A stretch of DNA of 58,753 nt, the filler included, from Sphacelaria rigidula (Eukaryota), in assembly GCA_964200075.2 (NCBI GenBank). It is 7 parts of 7 records of this genome, joined end to end, with 100 filler letters (N's around TTAATTAATTAA, not from the genome) between each part and the next. Parts side by side here need not be neighbours in the genome. Positions count along the whole stretch, not along the records: positions 42,040 to 50,346 come from CAXNAA020011580.1; positions 50,447 to 58,753 come from CAXNAA020011581.1; 5 more parts are not named here. One strand, given 5' to 3'. Below, piece by piece: positions 47,861 to 58,753 of this stretch. The position numbers and the translations under genes were made by a program. The notes below the pieces were generated by a model. The model did no database searches, was not told the origin of the DNA, and saw only the letters and a program-made list of their open reading frames with translations. Numbering within the stretch: position 1 is the first letter of the stretch; each line of letters begins with the position of its first letter.

Positions 47861-48035
47861 CTATTAAGCCTTTTTGGACCGGATCCTGAGAAACATGGGG
47901 TTTGCACTCAGGGGCCTATTTGTGAATCGGCATCATTTTTACTCAAGAACGGCTGAGAATAATGCCGATTCACACAAAAGGCCCCTGCGTGCAAACCCCA
48001 TGTTTCTGGGAGTCCTTTCCCTGAAGAGTTAATAG
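47861..48035. repeat. ~175-bp hairpin related to the internal palindrome of the Sola2-like MITEs
   Basis: AGAAACATGGGGTTTGCAC.CAGGGGCC..TTGTGAATCGGCAT / ATGCCGATTCAC..AAAAGGCCCCTG.GTGCAAACCCCATGTTTCT; core shared with 16070-16137 and 36713-36780. Confidence 0.8.
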
Positions 48036-51000
48036 GCATTTCACATGCGATAAAATTCGTGCATAATGATTTTTACGAGGATTCTATATTCTGGCCGTTA
48101 GCGTTCCTGGGGGAAAATTACCGGCCGTTAGTGCGCTAATGCTACTGCTTCATGCTTCACTCGACGTCGCTTTCCCTATCTTGTTTGTCATTAGTGCAGC
48201 CCAGTCCATAGCTGCAAGTGCTACCAAAGAGCATTCGAGGTGCAATTGTCCACGGCGCTGTAGCTGCAAGCGTCGTTTTGTCTACACGTACATGTGAAAG
48301 ATCGTCAAAGGATTACTGGAGCGCCGGAGGTGGAATACTCACCGTTCAAGAGTTCCATCCCTCTTCTCGTACCTACCTGCACACACAGAAGTCTAACAGC
48401 CATCTATCAAGAAGAAGGCGGTTGAGCGGATTGTTTTGGGGTCTGTATCAGAATGTCAGAATGAGTACTCCCCGACCCCGTTGACTCTTGCAGGGATCGA
48501 ACTCCTGCGTCCAGACGGCGCGACGTGCTACAGGACAACGTGGTTATGGCCACTAGATACCCAGTATTTGAAGTCCACTGGGCAGCATTCTATGAAGTGA
48601 CACCAGTGATTAAATATGTTAAGTGCACACTAACTAATGATGCATTTGATCCGTACGAGTCACACTATTCAGTTCGGTGTACACTGAAACCAGCATATTT
48701 TATATGTGGATAATCTGCTCGGTCTGACGTGAATGTTGGGTGCTGCGTGATCCTCCTCACTTCCGGTTCTCGCATGCAGGAGCCTTGAACACGGGTTGGG
48801 ATCAGGAGGGTGGTGCTAAGAATCGACTCAAGGCAGCGGTAGACTCGTTCAAGTTGGAAGGGCTTGTCGTCGATGGAGTACGACTGGGCTAAGAAGCCTA
48901 GGGACCGGGCGATATAGGATCCAAGCCATATGGCAAGCATCCGTAACATCCAAGGAGTATTATTTTTCGATTTCAGCGCCGACATTTCTAACGCCAAAGT
49001 TGATGCGCAAAGGGTGCTTTCACAGTAATGGCATACCTAATCTCCATTGCTTCCATCTGTACGGCACCGAGGAAGACATATCGTACAATCCAACCCCTCC
49101 ACGGTCCTCCCCGCACCCGCCTTACGGTCCTCGTGACAGGATGACGGATGACGGAAATAAAGTAGGTACGACAAGAGGCAAAAGGCTCACAGTCCGAATC
49201 ACCCCCTCGATACCTATGAGGCACCCGTGGCTATCTCTGGAAGTGGCGATACCAGAAAATGAAGCGTCGTCTCTTAGGCTGTCATCCATTGCATGATAAT
49301 TAGTACAGGAGGCAGCTCGCCCTTCATGCGACTGACTCGCCGAACACATCACGGCGCGTCGCGCTTGGTGATTGGCTCCGCGCGTGGTCCGGCAAAAACC
49401 CGGCGTGCCCCGTCCCGACTTTGTATGGATGCGAGGCCAATGGTCATCACTGCAGCATGCAAGATCATCAACACACCCCACGCCTCCCCTGCTCCCCCCC
49501 AACAAAGTTGAAAGTGAGAAAATAATTTGTAATTGTTTTTTGTGGGGTGGCTTGCCGCAAAAACTCTTCAAAAATATTTTAACTACTCCAAGTGCGCTGG
49601 GGTACACACCTGTTCCACCCACGCTATTGATTTAAACGAATCGGCTCGTGAGTTTATTGTATGTGCTATACCGTATTCCAATTTCACGAAGTGAAACTAG
49701 TTTCTGCTGCGGGTAAAAATTAGACTAACCGGTTTTCTGCGACTGCATTTTTGCGACAGAATTTCGGCGACTCCGTTCTTGCGACATTTTTTTCCCTAGA
49801 TTTTCCACTCTAAAACCCCTATTGATTTCGTTTTTTTGCGGATAACTTTGTCAAACAGATACCAAACGCATCTTGCTGCAAGGGGCACCTGGACATATAG
49901 CTGTCGCTGCTGCCCACAAAGTATCACCCTCCAAATCGATGTCTTGAGTGAGAACGCCCAGCTTTTGATGCCCATGTACGAGGAAGGATGATCTACATCT
50001 AGTTTCATGCTCCAAAAGGTATCCAGGGGGCAACATCCCCGTACAGACAGAAGCAAGGCTAGCGGATCCTACGTCCTGACAGTCGAGCAGCCAGCAAAGT
50101 GGTTCTGGTAGTGTCCTTGTAGCGATATCGACTTACAGTGCACTCCTGATTTACAGTGCACTGGAGCAGAGTTTGCAGGTGAATATTTCATACGTCGGAC
50201 GAGCACGAGTGTGAGTGATTGCACTCGCGCTCGTCGGGCTGCTCGTTGGTCGTAAAAATTAATAGGTCGAGCACTCGAGTCATTGCTCGTTGTGGAAAAA
50301 AATAATAGGGTGGAGTCATCCTACGGTAGGGGGGGGGTATTTTGGGNNNNNNNNNNNNNNNNNNNNNNNNNNNNNNNNNNNNNNNNNNNNTTAATTAATT
50401 AANNNNNNNNNNNNNNNNNNNNNNNNNNNNNNNNNNNNNNNNNNNNATTACACAGACCGTGGATCCGCTTGGACTAACGACCGCTACCAGACCCGCCGCA
50501 TCTCTCAACCTGCGTGCAGATCTGGGTTCCAACCTGTACAAAACTTCTTGTCGATAGGACTCGGGACTGGTCATTTTGGGGCCAATCCCCTGTCAAAAGG
50601 GGATTGTGAAAAATGGGAATCCCCTTCGTTAACCCTTTTGGAACTCACAACGGAAAATTGATCATTTGCAATTGACGGTTTTTGAGCAAGATATGGTTGA
50701 TGGTTCACAGCTTAGACGCAACAATATTCGCCCAATGCGTATTTTTCAGACCCGTGCGGGTGACAAGTGGAACAAGAGAAGGTTTCTTATTTTCTCATTG
50801 CGGCGAGGTGCAGAACCCGTCGGCGTTTTTTTTCTACACTCGTGAGCTCCTTCCCCGACCACAGTGAGCGGCAATGAAGCATGCTTCCCGTCTGACCTGC
50901 ACGCCCTTCCCGGTGCAGTTTATACTCTTTGCAGCGTCATAGCAATAAGGGCAACGCCGATGGCACATTCGCCATATTTATGAACTGGCGGTGTAATACA

Positions 51001-53344
51001 ATCCCAGGCAGTCACCTTTCCGTGCCGCCGGGGATGCTGCGATACTGCCCTGTACAGTAGTACTGGGTGTGTTTACAGCAGGTTGGGGTAACCTCGACTG
51101 CTGACTCACGTCATGCACAACATCGTGCTCATGCACGTTCCAACAGCACCATCCCGCCGTTTGAAAAAATGCGTGAAGGCGACGCAGACGCCATGTACCC
51201 TGCAGCTATGCACCGTCACTGTGGTTCAGAGTCTGCCAAGTGCCGCCGCCCCAGGGCTGATGCCTCACGGCTTCGTGTCATGTCTGTATTATATTTTGAA
51301 AATATATCGTATTTTGAAAATACAGTATATCGTATTTTGAAAAAAAAATCTGAAAACGCGGGGCACGCGCCGACAACGTCATACTGCGGGTTGACTATTA
51401 CACAACGGCGTAGCGAAAGGCACATTTGCCCCACCATATCTATACCGTGGGTTGATCGTTCCCGACCGTTGCACAGACATACTTCATGCTGCATGAGATT
51501 CATGACGCTGGCTACTGCTATCGTCTCGTGCCGTCCACTCTCGTGGCCGGCTTTTCACATGCTTGTATTTATCTTGGCCTGAGTGTAGCCGCAAGTCAAT
51601 ACTGTAACCTACTGTATTTACTGACTGTAGTGTTTTTCATCTGGCTTGATTACGGTAGGCGGTGCCCGTTGGCTCCCTGCCATGTGCATGTATATCGCCT
51701 GTGCGGACGCCTGCGATTACGCCCGCCATGTACCGCTCGCACAACCCACTGTGCCTTCCACATTTGTTGACGGGATTTCGCTGGTTTCAACCATACTATG
51801 CTGTATGTACGGTGTGGCTTGGCAAACTCGCCACCCGATGCTGCAGCCCGTCAAAGCGGTGCTTCCCTTATCTACAAATGCTAATATACAGACGTGCCTG
51901 GTTGGACCCTGCAGCCCATTGCTGATTTTTAATGGAATGTTTCATAGTGGTTTTGCTGATTATTGTCGTTGGATACAATTGGACACGCTTCATCCGTTGC
52001 GTGGTATGATTGGACAAACCTTACTCAAATTCTCCAGGGAGGACAATCTTCTTTGGTCTTTCATTATAAAAACGGTTGCCGTCGGCCTATTCTCTTTCCA
52101 TGTTTTCCTCTTCGTCAGGGCTTCTCATAATAAGGCGCTTGGCCAAGGGACAGAAGGGGAGGGTTCCAAAAGGGTTAAGAACGGCCCTAACGCCAACCCA
52201 AGGCATACCGATAACCCTCTGGCAAGGGATGTGCAAAAAGTGCCGTAGGCGAAGTGTGCGTTGGCAAACCTCAAATCGGCGCCTGTGGCGCGAATTTGGA
52301 CAAAAATTAGGCTTTTGCGCACAACCTTACGCGTTTTTTATAAAACATATGTTTTTGGAGATTTCAGCATAACAAAGGCATAATAGCTAAGTTTTACGCA
52401 TTAGTTGGCGCATATAGTACTCCAACGGGATTATGCACTCCATGCCCAGCACCTAGAAGCTGCCCACGGGTGCTCCATGTGGCGTGGCTCGTCGAGTCGT
52501 GGCGTTTGTGTTCGTAGTTTTTTTTTCTAGACTTTGTTGCGGGTCTGATATCGGTATTTTGCTGTATGTCAACTACTTTATGTTTATGTGGAACTGATTT
52601 TAAAAAAATGTGTCATATTTCACATGAGACGTAGGCTTTTTGCCTCTCATGCGCATTTTGTTTTTTTTCATGCTGGAAGGTACGTTCCATGAGGGGTGCC
52701 CCCAGGAATCGCCTCAAGAAGGATATGCGAAAAAGGCAGAGAAGTCGAACATATTTCACCAAAATACGCATAAACCGGCGCATAATGTTCACGTTTGAGC
52801 ATAAGAAAAAATGGAATGAAATGCATGAAATGCATGAAAATGCGCATAAAAAGCAAAAGCCTAACGAAAATGCGTTCTGCGCACGCTCGGAGCACTTGGG
52901 ACTGTCAGCCCCACTGAAGATCCAAATCTCGGTACTCATGCTCAAATCAAGTAATGAAATTCCGGGAAAGTTCCATTCGACCAAGATCTAGTATCTACTG
53001 GTGTGGGAGTAAGGTGTAAATTAGTGGCAACAATAGCGCAGGATGAACAATACTCCGCAGACGAACCCGTTCATAAACCCCTCTCGGAACAGCACACTGC
53101 TGGATTGTCGAGTCTGGATTCACAATGGCCGATGTACTAATATCGATGGCATTGTTTCTTGTACCATCATTTCGAGCTCTTTCGCTGTTTCCAAACAACC
53201 TAGTTCCACGATTGACGGCCTGGGGTATTGAAGACTGGAAGTGCAACACTTGGGGGCCTGCCTTGCACTGTCACATGGTGGGGTCGCACTTCCGCTTGCA
53301 CCGTCCGTCACCATCTCAAACCACAGAATCAGAATTGCCACGGA

Positions 53345-53665
53345 CAACAACGTGTTCGTGAGATTGAGAGTAGAGCGCCGATTGAGAGTAAAGCGCTGAC
53401 TGAGAGTGGCTTCGATCATTCGCTTTAACGTAGCCAATATTTCATTCCGAGTGTGTTTTTCTTTGCCTCTATCACTGGCGTGTGCTTACAGCTACACGTC
53501 GATATCCTACTCAGGGATATCAAGGGCCTCAGCGGCAAGCTCGTACAGAAAGCATATCGGGCATCGTTGAGGGGCACTTCGGAACTGAAACGATAAATTC
53601 ACTAATTGACCGCTTTTCACTCTCAATCGTATCTTCCATTCTCCATCTCGCGAAAACATTGTTGT
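53345..53665 (-). pseudogene. Third copy of the unknown decayed domain seen at 800-2282
   Basis: QCFREMENGRY...GQLVNLSFQFRSAPQRCPICFLYELAAEALDIPE*DIDV*L*AHASDRGKEKHTRNEILATLKRMIEATL. Confidence 0.6.
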
Positions 53666-53962
53666 ACGTGGAGGTATCATTCATCTGTTTTCAAGAACAA
53701 TTGGGATCACCCACCTATTCTCGCGCAGGCACCAAGTATTATTTCTCTCCCGAAGCTTGAGAAGTAAATCTTCGAGTCCGGAAATCTAGCGCCTAGTGCT
53801 CCCCAACAAATAGATTCCGAATCCCCTCACGGACCACGGACCGAACGATTATTGACGCAAATGCTGAAAGGACAAGAGGATATGTGTGTGAACTCTCAAT
53901 TTGCCAAGGGACGCTACGAAGTGTCTCGTTCGGACGTTACACCGACACACGAGCATGTAGTG

Positions 53963-54771
53963 TAGTGCTGGATATCGAACCATTTAGCACTTCGATACGA
54001 TATCGACTATGTCAGCGTTCGATAACGATAATTTTCGATAATTTTCAGCGAACCGAACCGAGGCGAGCGCAGCGAGTCTGCTCGCCGCGCGAGCCCCAGA
54101 TGCCCCCCCCCCCCCGGCTCATAAGGGGGGGCCGCGGGAGGCGCCGCCGGAGGCAAGAAAATTGGGACATATGGCTTTATTTCCCGTAGGAATTGGCCAG
54201 ATCAAGGTCTCCCGGAGTAGGGGAAAACGTGCCCAGATTCGACAAAACCCAATCATCACACCGCACCCGCAGTATGCTAAACAATGCCTGCCTTACTTGT
54301 CGGTACAAAACATACCAACACTAGAAGAGGCCTCTGTCTATTTTGCTTGCCCTTCCTCGTGCACCCGCACCTACACACATACACTTCAATGAATGGCCTT
54401 TGTGCTTTACCTTATCCTATGTTCTACTGTGAAGAATGAGTCATGCGTCATAAGTAATGTTACACGCTACGAAAAGAACACTAACAGCAGCAGTGGCGCG
54501 AGCTAGATCGCCATACGAAGCAAGCTCGTAGGAAAGCACTGTGCTCTGTGCTCCTGTTGTCCGTCACATTATTAGCTCGATATCTCAAACCCGTAGTCTG
54601 TGAGGGTGCATCATTTAACCATATTTATCGTATCGTATCGTATCGTATCGTATCGTATCGAACTTATCGTTATCGTTATCGTTATCGTTTTATCGAAATT
54701 TTTTCGATACGATAACGATAAGTTCGATACGATACAATATATCGAAACTTTCGATACGATATCCAACACTA
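53963..54771. mobile_element. hAT-like non-autonomous element with (CGATA)n subterminal repeats
   Basis: TIRs TAGTGCTGGATATCG / CGATATCCAACACTA; CGATA/TATCG arrays inside both ends; no TSD match. Confidence 0.65.
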
Positions 54772-55674
54772 AGGCCGTTTCTTCCGGTTGGTTATTTTCC
54801 CTCGTTATTTGCAAATAACGAGGGGAAATAACAAGTTGGTTACTTACGGTTGGTTATTTCACAAGATTCTCGGGAAAAAAATGCGAGACGGGGGACATTT
54901 TACGAGATGGGCCATCCTGGCTTGTACTTTTTTTTTAAATACGAGACGAGATCGACTTGTATTTTCCTCTCATTTTTTTCATTCGCGGCACGGCGAGACT
55001 AGCAACGCCCGCCAGCCCTGAATATGTTTGTGCCCTTCGACATCTAGGGGGCTCTCCTGACAGCAATGTCGAACATCCCCAGCGCCGTTTATACACTAGA
55101 CCAAACTTTGCTTCGCCATCCCGGCACACGCGAGATGTCGTCAGGGGCTGATGATCTATTGGCATCGATCGTGCTCTCGAAAACCTGCAGCACAGACAGT
55201 ACGGTACCCAGCGCAGAGATTACAGGGTACTACTCTGTGCTGTCTGATGCAGTGAGTTGTAGGTGTCAGTTTGCATACAGCAGTAGTACGCACGGCTGTA
55301 GTAAAAATGATGCATACAACGTGAGATATGTGGACAACGTGCAACACAGACAACACCAGGCAGTACTGTACTGTCTGCACTGCCGCAGTGGACAGTAGGA
55401 TCCACATGCCATGCTGCACCCAACGACGACTGCCGAAAATGATTTGGACGACGTGCAGTAGAGAAGGCGCCCCCACTTAAGAACTTGGCAGTTAAGAAAT
55501 TGAAGCTCAAAAAAATTGAAATCTAAGAACTTGGCCATAAGAACAAGTGCTCAGTTCCGACGTGATATTAAGGACAAGAACCCGCCTTTGTGGTGTTAAG
55601 ATGAGCATAGATATAAGAACAGAGCCCCAAATGCGGCGGGTGCATGAATAAGAACGAGGGATCCGACGCCACAG

Positions 55675-55745
55675 GGGGCGTACTCATTTGTTGCTTGCCT
55701 TAGTCGTTTGACCATTGACCACGCATCCCTTTCGAGACGGAGCAT
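55675..55745 (-). mobile_element. 71-bp 5'-truncated LINE insertion in the pogo element with 11-bp TSD
   Basis: CGACGCCACAG at 55664-74 and 55746-56 flanks the LINE 3' end. Confidence 0.9.
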
Positions 55746-55877
55746 CGACGCCACAGAGGGGGGTGGTTCCAGATTTTTGTCTGACGAGCGGGGGGATCAG
55801 TTTCCCATAGCGTACTGTACCCCTTTCGTGTGCGGGCCAGTTCTTTCGCCTGCTGCATGCATGCAGGGCGGGGGACC

Positions 55878-57604
55878 ATGCCTTTATCCCTTGAGACACT
55901 GCAAGAGCTCGAGTAACTGTCAAAGCTGAAAGGGAGAGGTGTCATTCTTGATCGACAGTTCTAAACCCTCAAAGAACATATCAAGGCCGGCAACTGCCTC
56001 ACGAAGGGACAGTGGGAGGCCGTCGAGTTGACGTGGGGTTTGAAAAGCTACGGCGTCTTTCTTCTCGGAAGAAGGGTGGGAAGCCGAGATTGATGGGCAA
56101 ATCCGGGAGATCATCAGCAGCGCTCGCCCTTCGCTGCTGTCACAGCAAGCTGCTGGCGCGCTAGGCGCACCCTGGACGTCACGGAGGCGGCCACCTGCTG
56201 CAGCGGATCGCAGGACTGTGGATCGAGGGAGGGAAAGCAAGAAGAGAGCCGCCGCAAACACCGTCGGCGGCAACATCATGAACGCCTTCGCTCTTGGCAG
56301 CGGACAGCCGATGAGTTCACCCTTGGAAATAATTATGTACAAGCTGTTCTTGGGTCGCCGCAAGAGGAAGCTGAAGGTGTCGACCCTCTGGCTCACCGTC
56401 ACGTTCCGGAAGCTGCTGCAGGAGAAGTGCCCTACCGATAACCGGGCGGCGGAGTTTCGCCCGTCATTCAGGTGGATGGAAAAGTGGGCAAAGAGACACA
56501 GCGTGGTACAGCGGCGCCGGACCAACTTGAAGACCAAGTCCGTCGAGGAACGCCTGCCGCAAATCCAGCGGTTCCACCGGAGGTTTAGCGAGCTGCTACA
56601 AGAGGCGGTGCGCCGCACGGGGAGCATCTTCCCTGAGGCTGCACCGCTGTCTTCGGGTGAGACCAGGCTAGAGAAGTACGGGCAGTTCCAGGTGGATGAG
56701 CGTTTGGGCGTGGATGAGGTGCCTTTGCTGTTTGTGAACGGGTTGACATCGACGTGGGAAAAGGAAGGGGCGACGCGTGTTGCCATCAGCCAGCCCTTCG
56801 CTGGACTGGAGAAGAGGCAGTGCACCATGAAAGTCATCTTTGGTCCCGGAAAGAAGCTCATGCGGATTGCGCTCATTTTCCGAGGCACCGGGAGGCGGAT
56901 CTCGCGGGTGGAGAAGGCCGCGTACCACAAGAACGTGGACGTCTTTTTCCAGAAGAAAGCGTGGGCCGACCAGAAGTTCTGCATGGAGTGGGCCAAGAAG
57001 TCCTACCGCCCGAGCTTGATGCGCGGGAGGAGCCAGCTGCCCCAGGAGAGGGCGCTCCTTCTCATGGACAACTTGCACGCGCAGACGACGCCGGAGTTCA
57101 AGGGATATCTGGCGAAGCACTGCAACACGCTCGCGTGGTATTTCCCGACGAACATCACGGACAAGCTGCAGCCCGTGGAAGCAGGAGCCGGACGCATGCT
57201 GAAGGTGGAGATTGGCAAGCTACAGGACGCGTGGCTTGACCAGTCGGACAACGTTGAAAGGTGGGAAAGCAACTCGTTGACGGCATCTGACCGACGGGTG
57301 CTGATCACGCAATGGGTCGGAAAAGCCATGGAAATTCTCGACAAACGCGAGGAGTACCGGTTTCGCCTTTTCGAAAAGTGTGGCATGGCGATGACTGCCG
57401 ACGGCTCAGGCAACGGCCGCATCAACTTGGAGGGTTTGGAAAAGCCGTACACCTCCATGGGCGAGGACTCGAGCGACGACGAGGGACCCTCACAGACTGG
57501 CAACGAAGGGTCCGGGGGGGGGGGTGACCAGAGGGGGGGGAATGAGGGGGACCAAGGCGGGGAGGGCATGGAGGACGGCGATTCCAACGACGAAGACAAC
57601 GACG
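55878..57604 (+). CDS. pogo transposase exon 1 (CENP-B-type HTH plus DDE_1); the 5' part has two premature stops and a frameshift
   Basis: LEIIMYKLF..RRKRKLKVS...FRPSFRWMEKWAKRHSVVQRRRT (HTH_Tnp_Tc5-like); GVDEVPL, QKKAWAD, LLLMDNLHAQ, FPTNITDKLQPVEAG; acidic tail. Confidence 0.9.
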
Positions 57605-57740
57605 GCAAGTCGGAATTTCATCGAGTCTCCCCCCACAAATTTGTTGTTGTTGTTGCTGTTGCCTTTGAATCCACTGATATTTGTATGGGTGGCAATACGT
57701 TTGATAACGTTATGTGGTTTGCAAATGCCGCTCGTTGCAG

Positions 57741-58195
57741 ACATCCCCAGCAGCCAGATCGACGAGCTGAGCCTTGTGGACGACGACTACAGCATGGACC
57801 CGGAGGATGAGATTCATGGCATGGAGATTCCGGACGGCCTTCGCATTCAAGTGTCTTCACCCGCAGCTCTTGGCAGTTCCATACTCCAGCGTGGAGTCCT
57901 TGTTAGGCTGGGCATGGGTCGGTTTGGTGGGCTCATCACTCGGCAGTCTCAGGAGCGTACTCGCCGTGTTCACGACTACCGTGTGCATTTCGAAGTAGAC
58001 CAGAGTACGCGTAGCATGAAGCTGCCGTGGGAAATGTACAGTGGAGATCCGGATGCGGTGGTAGGCTCTTGGGTTTTGCTTGAGAGGAGCACGGTAGAGC
58101 AGGTGGATGGGGTGAGAGCTGCAGCCACGTTGGGCGTCAGCAGGGCGGGAAGAGTACGCACTCCCAACGTGACCCTTGTGGACCAGGAAGGGTGA
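57741..58195 (+). CDS. Probable exon 2 of the transposase (Tudor/SH3-barrel-like C-terminal domain)
   Basis: Candidate GC-AG intron 57605-57740 (G|GCAAGT ... TTGCAG|AC) joins in frame to DIPSSQIDEL...VLVRLGMGRFGGLIT...DYRVHFEVD...YSGDPDAVVGSWVLL...*. Confidence 0.65.
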
Positions 58196-58753
58196 GGGTT
58201 GCTTGATGCCGTGAGGGGTTTCCATACTTGTACTTTCCAGTGATCGTGATGCTGCGACGCGTTCGAATGTCTGTTGTGCTCACAAGCGTTTTTCAATCGA
58301 CAAGCGGAGGGTGCGTATGTAGTTCACCACGAACGGACTTTGCCATACCCCCCTGGAGCACTGGGTGTTGAAATAAGAACAAGAACCCGCGTTTTCAGGG
58401 ACGAGTGCCTGGCCAAATATGAACTAGGCAAATAAGAACAGGTGCTCGGGTTGAGGCAAAAAATAAGCCTGAGCCTCACGCAAAATAAGCGGTTCTCAAG
58501 TGCGGGCGCCTACTGTACAGTAGGATGGAAATGTTGGTTTGCCAGTACAGAACAGAGTAGTACAACGGCTGTACTAAATAAGATGTGGGCAACGCGCAGT
58601 GCAGACAGAACTAAGCAATACAATTCTGTCTGCTCTGCCTGCCGCATACAACAGTATACATGCGCACATGTCAGGTTGGAGACGGTAATAGACAACGGCT
58701 GCACTAAAATTGATGTGGAGGAGTCCACTAGGCAGTACATTCTTTAGTCTGTA

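Larger units (their letters stand above)
55456..58515 (+). mobile_element. pogo/Tigger-family (IS630-Tc1-mariner) DNA transposon, ~3.06 kb
   Basis: TIRs CAGTA(GAGAA)GGCGCCCCCACTTAAGAA / TTCTCAAGTGCGGGCGCCTACTG. TA follows the right end (TG precedes the left). TAAGAAC subterminal repeats. Encloses the transposase. Confidence 0.9.

Noticed and set aside
48230-49300. Possible decayed coding sequence upstream of a LINE 3' end
   Set aside because: Only short protein-like stretches with many stops and no diagnostic motif.
55920-56996. 358-aa antisense ORF
   Set aside because: Shadow of the GC3-biased transposase on the opposite strand.
57605-57810. C-terminus of ORF 56218-57810 (..KFVVVVAVAF..)
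   Set aside because: More likely read-through into a T-rich intron; the spliced model is preferred.

Overview
The window is not one locus. It is seven contigs of 8308/8307 bp joined by artificial 100-nt N-TTAATTAATTAA-N linkers: 1-8308, 8409-16716, 16817-25124, 25225-33532, 33633-41939, 42040-50346 and 50447-58753. The DNA is eukaryotic, TE-rich and has long introns. It is most likely a brown alga (Phaeophyceae), inferred from the EsV-1-7 repeats and the intron/TE style. Host genes: two exons of a class I SAM-dependent methyltransferase-like gene, the last three exons of a single-pass membrane protein gene, and an EsV-1-7 repeat gene or pseudogene. Mobile DNA: two decayed Ty1/copia elements (one split by a nested non-autonomous LTR element), a decayed RTE-like LINE, many C-tailed LINE 3' ends, SINE-like repeats, Sola2-like/Stowaway-like/hAT-like MITEs, and a nearly intact 3-kb pogo/Tigger transposon. 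The two most unusual signals are (1) a non-coding repeat-spacer array in contig 1 with a strict 42-43 bp period, CAATATATATTG-N6-CAATAT plus a unique ~18-19 nt spacer, present in two inverted copies that differ by one precise unit, and (2) a pogo transposase apparently carrying N-terminal SHOCT-like repeats and a spliced C-terminal Tudor-like domain. All domain assignments are by eye; no searches were run.
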